This document shows positions 54,901-64,000 of a stretch of DNA of 64,000 bases, piece after piece. The notes below the pieces were generated by a model. It was not told the DNA's origin and searched no databases. It worked only from the letters and a program-made list of their open reading frames with translations. Position 1 is the first letter of the stretch, and each line of letters starts with the position of its first letter. Both the position numbers and the translations under genes were made by a program. The DNA is from Tubulanus polymorphus (Eukaryota > Animalia > Nemertea): assembly GCF_964204645.1 (NCBI RefSeq), contig NC_134025.1:124001-188000 (forward strand). Direction: 5' to 3'.

Positions 54901-56009
54901 GTTCTGGGCCCATTTTTAAAAAGCGCTACTGATACACTGCCACTCCTTAATAATCATTATACACCCAATTTGAAGCTAAGTGATTTTTCACGAGAGCCAT
55001 CTCGTGATATGGATTTACCTATTATAATAAAAGAAGTTCAAACAGCTATAAACAATGTTAAAACGTTCAAAATTAGTCCTAGCTATAACTTTATGCCTTG
55101 TTCTTTATGCCTAGCTTTACCTCTCAAATGTAAATAATGGTTGCCTTTCAGATAAAGCTTTAGTTTTCAAATACGTAGCTATGATCATCAAACAGATTGA
55201 TGGAGGCCTAAAGGTCGATGCATAAATCGACATCTACGATTCAATTGTGAATCGGTTGCATGGGCCTTCGAAAATATGAATGCCATCAAATTGGTACATC
55301 TACAATTCAGCAAATACTTAACGTTATGTCCTATGTTTCCTAACTATGTGATACCTACACGAACAAATAGCCATAGTTGACTATGTATAACTATGTTAAA
55401 GTTTAAAGGTTGAAACTATATCTCAGTTAAGGAGTTACCTACGAGTCCAAACAAGGCGCTCGACACGACCATTTACCCCTAGTGACAAACCTAACTTGTC
55501 TTATCTATCAACCAAGGATCGAAGACCAAAATCGTGCATTAATGGAGCTTAGCATTTATTAGACTCCCACATTGCATAAAACATTAAAATAATATCCTTG
55601 AAAACACTATATCATCCATCAGACTGGTTTGAAAAAGGTGTTAAGCAAAAAAATCAATACTTTACTACAGAAGTCCACTATTGTCTTCGCCGCTCCTGGA
55701 TCTCAGTGTTTATAACATGCACTATTATCTATGCTGCTCCTAATAAGATACACTATTGTCTTTGCTGCTTTTAAAACAGTGTTTATCCTGAATCAGTGTT
55801 TATGAGATAATCCATTAGCTTTGTCGCTCGAATCAGTGTTTATAAGATTCACTATTGTCTCTGCTGCTCCTGATAAAATGTTTTATAGAAATCAACCACC
55901 GATTGTAGAAGAATCCATCGTTGAGTGATTAATACGTTGCTGGCTCCTCAACTTCTAATCTGGGCTTCTGCAGTTTTCATCAGCAAGTGGGACAATCAGT
56001 ATTCATCTA

Positions 56010-57090
56010 CTTGTAGATTTTCTGATGAGTAGTTGATCTCAAGCTGAGCTTTTTCTCATAGTTGAAATTTAGCTGCAATAATTAAAAGAAGATTTCCTGT
56101 AATGACAAAATATTTCAATAAGAATAAATCGTAATAATTCCATGTATATCAATTTACCTTTTATGATTGCTTGGTTCGTAATCGGCGTGGATCATCTAAG
56201 TTGGTTGGTAAATGAGTTGAATTCTAATTGGCCTCATCTGTGCACTGTTCCAGTTGGTTGATTTTGGACGAGTAGTTGATCTCAAGCTTGGTTTTTCTGA
56301 TAGTTGAAATTTAGCTGTAATGACTAAAAGAAGATATCCTGTAATGACAAAATATTTCAATAAGAATCAATCGTAATAATTTCATGTATATCAAGTTACC
56401 TATTATGATTGCTTGGTTATCGGCGATTATCCTATTTGTTGGTTAGTTAGTTGGCCTCATCTGTGCACTGTTCAAGTTGGTCGATTTTGGACGAGTAGTT
56501 GATCTCAAACTGGGTTTTTTCTGATAGTTGAAATTTAGCTGCAATGATTAAAAGAAGATATCCTGTAATGACAAAATATTTCAATAAGAATTAATTGTAA
56601 TAATTCCATGTATATCAAGTTACCTTTTATGATTGCTTGGTTCGTAATCGGCGTGGATCATCTAAGTTTGTTGATAAATGAGTTGGATTCTAATTGGCCT
56701 CCTCATCTGTGCGCTGTTCCAATTGGTTGATTTTGGACGAGTAGTTGATCTCAAGATGGGTTTTTCTGATAGTTGAAATTTAGCTGCAATGATTAAAAGA
56801 AGATATCCTGTAATGACAAAATATTTCAATAAGAATAAATCGTTGAAATTCCATGTATATCAAGTTACCTTTTATGATTGCTTGGTTATCGGCGATTATC
56901 CTATTAGTTAGTTAGTTAGTTGGCCTCATCTGTGCGCTGTTCCAGTTGGTCGATTTTGGAGGAGTAGTTGATCTCAAGCTGGGTTTTTTCTTATAGTTGA
57001 AATTCAGCTGTAATAAAAGATATCCTGTAATGACAAAATATTTCATTTAGAATTTATCATAATAATTTCCATAAAAATAAACTTACATGT
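56010..57090 (-). repeat. ~225/245-bp alternating tandem units, each containing a ~61-nt GT-AG intron-like segment
   Basis: Intron-like segments (-) 57086-57025, 56868-56808, 56623-56563, 56399-56339, 56157-56097. Confidence 0.8.
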
Positions 57091-57101
57091 TAAGATTGAT
57101 A

Positions 57102-57351
57102 GGTTGAGTATCGGTGACAATCTTCTGAGTTGGTTTGATTTTTCTCCGAGCGATTGGTAGATTTTGTTTGGTTGAGTATCGGTGATGATCTTCTGAGTTG
57201 GTTTGATTTTTCTGCGAGCGATTGGTAGATTTTGTTTGGTTGAGTATCGGTGGCAATCTTCTGAGTTGGTTTGATTCTTCTGCGGGCGATTGGTAGATTT
57301 TGTTTGGTTGAGTATCGGTGATGATCATCTGAGTTGGTTTGATTCTTCTGC
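57102..57351. repeat. 68-bp repeat x3.7
   Basis: GTTGAGTATCGGTGATGATCTTCTGAGTTGGTTTGATTTTTCTGCGAGCGATTGGTAGATTTTGTTTG. Confidence 0.9.
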
Positions 57352-58134
57352 CGGGAGCGAAACAGGCGTTTTTTTTTCAAAATTGGAAATCGAAGTACAG
57401 ATATAGTTGTGTGATCGTCTGTCGATTTTACATAATTTTTTTTCTCGATAATTTTACAATATTTGGTGATTTTTTTCGTATAAGTAGTCCGAAAGTTTAC
57501 AAGGTTGAAGGTAATTTTGTCTAATTTTTTTTTCGAAATCAAAGTACAGATATAGTTGTGTGATCGGCGATCGAGTTTACATAATTTTCTTTCTTTAAAT
57601 CCAAGCAATTGCGAAATTTTGTTCCAGTTCATTCAAACAATCTTCCAACCAGTCAGAAAGCGACTGATTTGGGTTAACTTTTTTTCTGCCTATTTTAATA
57701 CATCGAGATTTTGGATATCTATATTACAAGGTTGAAGATCATTTTGTACATTCTATGACTAGTCGATTAGTAGTTTAGCTGGAAAAAAGAGCAGAATCTT
57801 GAAAGCAGAAAATCCTTTCGAATATCACTGATCATAATTAACGTGTCAATTCACATATAAGATCAGCAATGTGGACCGATACGTAGATTTTGATAATAGT
57901 CAATTATTAAATGATATTTATATGAAATTCAACTGTTATTCATCTATATTCTAGATATCTAAGCAATGGTTGATTATTATAGTTTAACAGCAATTCGATT
58001 AAAGCATCTATAGTCATCTTCAGGAATACCAGAGTTACAACATATTTAGTAATGCATAATAAAATCTTATCGAATTGTTTTTCTACTGTTTTTCTCTTCT
58101 ACCTTTGTTAATTCTAGATGTGTCTCTTTCTCTA

Positions 58135-58622
58135 TGAAACCCAGGCACCAGTAGGCTTTTATTGAAACCCAGGCGCCAGTAGGCTTTTATTGAAACCCAG
58201 GCGCCAGTAGGCTTTTATTCAAACCCAGGCGCCAGTATGCTTTTATTGAAACCCAGGCGCCAGTAGGCTTTTATTGAAACCCAGGCGCCAGTAGGCTTTT
58301 ATTGAAACCCAGGCACCAGTAGGCTTTTATTGAAACCCAGGCGCCAGTAGGCTTTTATTGAAACCCAGGCGCCAGTAGGCTTTTATTGAAACCCAGGCGC
58401 CAGTAGGCTTTTATTGAAACCCAGGCGCCAGTAGGCTTTTATTGAAACCCAGGCGCCAGTAGGCTTTTATTGAAACCCAGGCGCCAGTAGGCTTTTATTG
58501 AAACCCAGGCGCCAGTAGGCTTTTATTGAAACCCAGGCGCCAGTAGGCTTTTATTGAAACCCAGGCACCAGTAGGCTTTTATTGAAACCCAGGCGCCAGT
58601 AGACTTTTATTGAAACCCAGGC
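58135..58622. repeat. 28-bp minisatellite (~17 copies)
   Basis: GAAACCCAGGCGCCAGTAGGCTTTTATT. Confidence 0.95.
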
Positions 58623-61600
58623 CCATCATACAGTTAGTAATATTGCCCTATATACATTTTGATTGTCCGCTAAACCACATTCGTATTATCAAATTAACTT
58701 CATCGTCAATTAATAAACTTTAAGAGATGTTTTCTAGTACCCATAGATGGTGACATCTGTATCCAGTGATTGGTATTCTAATCCATTTCAGTAATTCTAA
58801 ATATTGCTCCTAATATATACAATGATTTTGTAATCATGATGTTATAACTAACTGAATAGTGTGCTGCCAGCATTGAGCACACTGATCCTGGTCAACATGG
58901 TTCTACAGATTTAAGAAACCTTGATTGACAAATCCAGAATTCTGCAAAGCCTTAAAGATTCAATAAATCCCATGCAACACACCCTGTATTCTTTAGATAT
59001 CAACCAATATTGAATTATTCTTATCAACCCCTATGGTTTAGATTTGAGCACTTTTACCTTATATGCTGAATTAATCTTCATCTTAGATACCTAATCAATC
59101 AATTAATTTCCTAGCTATAATCAAAATTGTCCCTGACAATATTTTATACGGGGCTTGAAATTTCTATACGAGAAGAATTTCAGATCTGGTTTAGATTGAT
59201 CACTATTCCAAACCGCTAATTTTGCATCAGAGCTTTTGATATCTAGCATGATGAACCCAGAATTCCCCAAAACCTAACTGATTCAACAGATCCCACACAC
59301 ATGTGGCCCAGTTAGACGCACATGACATTGCGCATTACAGTCGTCTCATCCACTGCACTATTTTTTAAAATAATTTTCACTTATATTCATTAAAAGGAAT
59401 TGATTTTGATAAATCTTCTAGGTATCTAAGCTATATCCGTTAATCAGTTATCATACTAGCTACATTTTGATAGTCAGTTGAACATGGAGCCTGAAAATCT
59501 ACATGAGTAGAATTTCACATGTGGTGAATCCATCACTATTTGAATTCATCAGAAATTAAGATTAAAACACATTTTTAGTGGTAAATTAGAAATTCCCTTA
59601 TAGCCGAATTGCTATATAATCTTTATTTCACTTTTATAGTAGTACACTGTGTATAAGGATCGAAAGACCTTGTTATGACCGGACCTCCCTGGTGCGGTGC
59701 AAGACATGATGCTAGAAAATAGTTTGAAGGAGAGGGATTAGTAAAAGAGAGCTTTTAGCAAGAGGAATAAGACCTAAGTTAAGGATATCCTGTCAGAATA
59801 AGGCTCTCAATCTGACATACACAGTGAAATTGAAATATTCCCCCTTCCAAATTCAGGAATGTATTTGTGCACGTACAGATTTGTTTTATCTCCCTTCGAT
59901 CGGAAGTAAATCTACGTGAAATGATTTTGGCAATATGTATCAAAACTAATACAGCTGTATGAAGACACAATAGGTTCACTAGATACAGATAAATAAATGT
60001 GCTCAGATACACATGTATCAGCTACATTTTAAATGTCCGTGGACCTGAATTAAACACAATTTCAAATAACATATTGAATTTACCTTAATCGTAGATATCT
60101 TATAGTAATACATTAATGAGTTATTCACCTTTGACTCTAATTGTCAGTTAAACAATATCTATTACGCGTAACTTGACACACAGTATGGCTTTTAGATGAA
60201 TCAGTTAAGTTTTGGTAAATTTAGGCAATATTGAAGACCATGACCAGTCGCCGTAAGCACGGCAGTTGGAGATGTAAATACTGATCAGTCGATGAGACTG
60301 ATTCAGAAGTGCTCATACATATATCAGCTATATTTAAATTTTCAGTTTAACAACATTTATATTATGGACCTGTATTACATATAAATAGTTTTTGATCTTA
60401 CATGAAATATCGAATTCAACTTAATTGTGGATCTAAGCCATTGGTTGATGAGCAATTTGTCCTAGCTATATATACATGATAATTTTCAGTTAAATAATTA
60501 TCATAGCGCAAAACAAGGCACAAGTATGGCTCTGTGGAATGTTTTGAACCAATTAAAGCTTTGTTTTATTCTATATTTATCAATGTGGTGAGACCTTATC
60601 AAGGTTTCTGAAAAACCCGCAGTCCATAGATTTCCCCATATATATATTACACCAGATCTCGATAGAGCCCTAGACACTATTTTATACATCTTTCCCCCAG
60701 AAATTCATTAATGCAATGGGTAAAGCAGCACATAATATATACTGTAAAGTGCCTGAATGTTTATAAATGTATCAATATACTATTTGTAAAAAAAACTATT
60801 AACTGACGATAAATTTGATTGATATATATCTTTACAGGTAAAGCCTGCCTTAATGTAAACGGGGCCCTAAAAATATCTACACTAGAAGAGTTTCTCGTCT
60901 AACATTATAAGATATTGAATGATTGCTAATATCTAAGCGATTGGTTAATTAGTAAATTGTCTATATCTTGATTGTCAGTTAAACAATAGTCATATGAGGC
61001 CTGAAATATCTACGGTACATATCTACAGAAAATTTCATAAGATATTGAATTTACCTTAATTGTACATACTTAAAAAATCTTTTAAAAGATAACAGACCAA
61101 TCTACATTTTAATTATCAGACCAAAGTCTAATATTGTAAATATTCAAGCAATCATTGCCCTAGCTATATTTCAATTTACTACCGGCCACAGAGCTTCAAT
61201 AAAGTAGTGCGGAGATGGTGAGCTCGACCAGCGTCTCTATCCTCTCCATTGCCTATGCATTCTACCCCAGATATGAAAAATCTACTTAGCTTTATGTATG
61301 TATGCATTCCTGTTGCCATGCAGGATGAGACTGCCAGGTTTGGTTGCAGCAGGACTTTCGACGTTTGGTTCATTCAACGTGGAGTCTTTTGTGGGCACTT
61401 CTGGTGGGCAGATTTTAAATGGGCCGTTCTGGATTAACCTGAAATGAGTAAAAGAACGATATTCTGTAGTTACACAATCCTTTCTGTATCATACATCGTA
61501 ATTTACATGTGTATCAACCTAACTTTCAATATTGCTGAGTTCAGTGTTCTTTTTTCGCCATCTTCAGTAGTCGCCTTCAGCATCTTCTTCTTCATCTTGG

Positions 61601-61646
61601 GAGTCCTGAAATGAAAAAAAAGAGAAGAGCAATGAAAACCTGGTAC

Positions 61647-62422
61647 GGAACAAAACTAATGTCCGAAAGCTTTACAGCTCTCCGTCGCCGGTCACGTGCC
61701 GAGAACACCAGACAATGAGCCAGCCAGGAATATACTGCCCTCTACACGCCCTCACACAGAACGCGAAAACCAGAATGACAACGCCTCACATTCCCCATCT
61801 AACTGCAGGATGTACTGGGCGACGTCAGTAACTGACAAACCTGTAAAATTGCACGAAACACAAATAGCGCAGTACAACCAGCTTGACCGGGTTGAGATTC
61901 AGGATCTCAACTAGCACTCAAAAGCGTGACAAGAGACTTCATCCACTGACCGAGGTTGTCACAAGGACACAATGAAACTAGCACTCACAAGCCGACAAGA
62001 GACTTCATCCACTGACCGAGGTTGTCACAAGGACACAATGAAAACTAGCACTCAAACTAGAAATCAAAGAGCGTGACAGTAGAATCATCCCTCAGCCGAC
62101 TCAGAATACCAGAAACAAAGAGCGTGACAGTAGAATCATCCCTCATCCGGGCGGTCACAAGGACACAATGAATGCTAGTAGCGTGACAATCCAGTATAAC
62201 CGCTCCATTTGTATCCCGCGCAATCCCGCAGATATGCCCGTCATTGACATCACTCAGCACACTTTGTAGATAGGTGGGGGCAGTGAGGCCTCGTCATCCT
62301 GGTTTTCGTGTTCCGTATGAGGGCGTGTAGAGGGCAGAATTTCCTGACCGACTCTTTGTCTGACATCCTCGACACATGACCGGCGAAGGAGAGCTGACGC
62401 TTTCGGACATTAGTTTTGTTCC
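61647..62422 (-). ncRNA. Candidate long hairpin RNA formed from inverted RTE-like LINE fragments
   Basis: Arms 61647-61885 and 62187-62422 are imperfect reverse complements; differences are mostly G-U compatible on the minus strand. Confidence 0.55.
62187..62422 (-). mobile_element. Fragment of RTE-clade non-LTR retrotransposon ORF C-terminus (inverted partner at 61647-61885, +)
   Basis: Frameshifted peptides RKRQLSFAGHVSRMSDKE / ALYTPSYGTRKPG and QLSVAGHVPRTPDNEPA resemble the RTE C-terminal motif RxRQLxFAGH..R...EP......P.HG.R..GRP (recalled). Confidence 0.55.
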
Positions 62423-63745
62423 AGCAAACGTTGAAATTCGACAGAGAAATCGGCCCTGAAAAATAAAACGGGTTAATTGCTGAAAAATAGAACGGATTAA
62501 TGAACACATAACAGTACAGGACAGCACAGAGACGAACAGTAACACATAAAACATAAAGACGTCGTTCCTCAGGAAGCAGGAACAGGAGCAGGAGCGGGAG
62601 CGCAGCGAAAATCGCCAGGAGGAGAATCCACGGTAGCATGTTCACAGTGTGAGTGTGCAGAGGTGAATGGTCTATGCTTGTGTACACCGTGGTCAGCCGG
62701 TTACGTATTCAATAGCGCGTGTCAGAATGATATCAACAACTCTGAATAGCCGCAATCGTGTCTCTATTGTTGAATGGGTTAACATTATGAAAGGTTCCCC
62801 CGCCGAGTTGAATACGCGCCAGTAGTCAGCTGAACAATATAGTGGAGGAACTTTAATAAGGCCATGAAATAAATTACTTGATTCCCAACACTAACAGCTA
62901 CCTCCGAATTTATTAGCCACCGCCTGTTTTTTTTTTCTTAAATTCTAGAATAATCTATAAATTATACCGACCGATAGCTCTTCAGTTAAAGATTCACACC
63001 AACACAGGTCTTCGATAACATAGAAACCGCGTAAACATTTACTAATGAAATTAGTTTATTTAGTCACATCTACGTAAGGACAGTTCATGCACCCCGAGAT
63101 AGCTATTAACTCACATCATGCACGAGGAAAGCGGTCTATATGAGTCATTGGGGGAAAACCCACTACCATGTATTCGTGCCCATCATCATGCTGTTACCAC
63201 AGGGATCCCGTCAATAGACAGATTTTCATTAAAAAATCCTTGATTCAATTGAGGGGAGACATGTTAGGCTTTTTTAATTACTGGGAGCACCGATCCTCCG
63301 AAATTCTGCCAAAAAACATCATTTTTACCACTAATAATTTGAAAAAAAATGTTTCTTTAATTTTGATACTGGATTAAACGGTTCATCATCGTGTAAATTT
63401 AGGAAAGTCCATATTAGAATTTCGTTTCTTGTTTAATAATAAAGAAACTTTTTTAAGAATCACATTTAGTTTTTGATGGATCTGTATTCCAGACTCAACA
63501 TCTGGACCACTCTGAATTGGTGGTTTCTAACCCAGGACCCCTGTACATCCTCAGCATCAGGACTAGTTAGTTACCTAATCGCTGGTGGTAAGCTTTTTAT
63601 AATCGGATGGGCTTATACCAACTATGGCAAATTACTCGTGAGTCAAATTGACTCACGAAAATTTAATTGAAAAATGACCTTTCCATTCCTGTGGTTTGTG
63701 AAAATATCCGATCGTGAAACTAAACCACAGTCAGGTTACTGACTA

Positions 63746-63990
63746 CATCAGGACCTCTCTGAACCAGTATCAGTAATTACTGGGTTTGAACCCGGGACAC
63801 CCCTGTACATCCTCTATTCAGCATCAGGACCTCTCTGAACCAGTATCATTAATTACTGGGTTTGAACCCGGGACACCCCTGTACATCCTCTATTCAGCAT
63901 CAGGACCACTCTGAATCAGTATCAGTAATTACTGGGTTCGAACCCGGGACACCCCTGTACATCCTCTATTCAGCATCAGGACCACTCTGA
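63746..63990 (-). repeat. 76-bp B-box array, inverted orientation
   Basis: ~3 copies of the reverse-complement unit; degenerate copy near 63505-63562. Confidence 0.88.
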
Positions 63991-64000
63991 AATCGATCAG

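Noticed and set aside
57090-57632. 180-aa ORF with QKNQTNS repeats
   Set aside because: The 68-bp unit cycles through the frames, and the A/C-rich strand simply lacks stops; no domain recognised.

Overview
Eukaryotic (metazoan, probably non-arthropod invertebrate) AT-rich genomic DNA, dense in minisatellites. I reconstructed two complete spliced genes by hand, arranged tail-to-tail. (1) TMEM135 orthologue on + (13 exons, 11968-41601, 447 aa), with three 7-10 kb repeat-filled introns and a tRNA-Lys(TTT) 170 bp upstream of its ATG. (2) A secreted modular trypsin-family protease on - (12 exons, 50466-43744, 756 aa; SP-CUB-RVKR-CUB-LDLa-trypsin-CUB), which needs one GC-AG intron. Most long ORFs in the supplied track are tandem-repeat artefacts. 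Main unexplained signals: a ~240-bp inverted repeat of an RTE-like LINE fragment (61647-62422) whose substitutions are strongly biased to G-U wobbles on the minus strand (candidate hairpin RNA / endo-siRNA locus); an adjacent non-coding array of repeated units with ~61-nt intron-like segments (56-57.3 kb); and Penelope-type minimal hammerhead ribozymes in protease introns (intact copy antisense to the gene, mutated copy sense). Also present: tRNA/B-box-derived 76-bp arrays and a tRNA-headed element with a TTAGGG tail. All homology calls come from recalled family motifs; no database searches were run.
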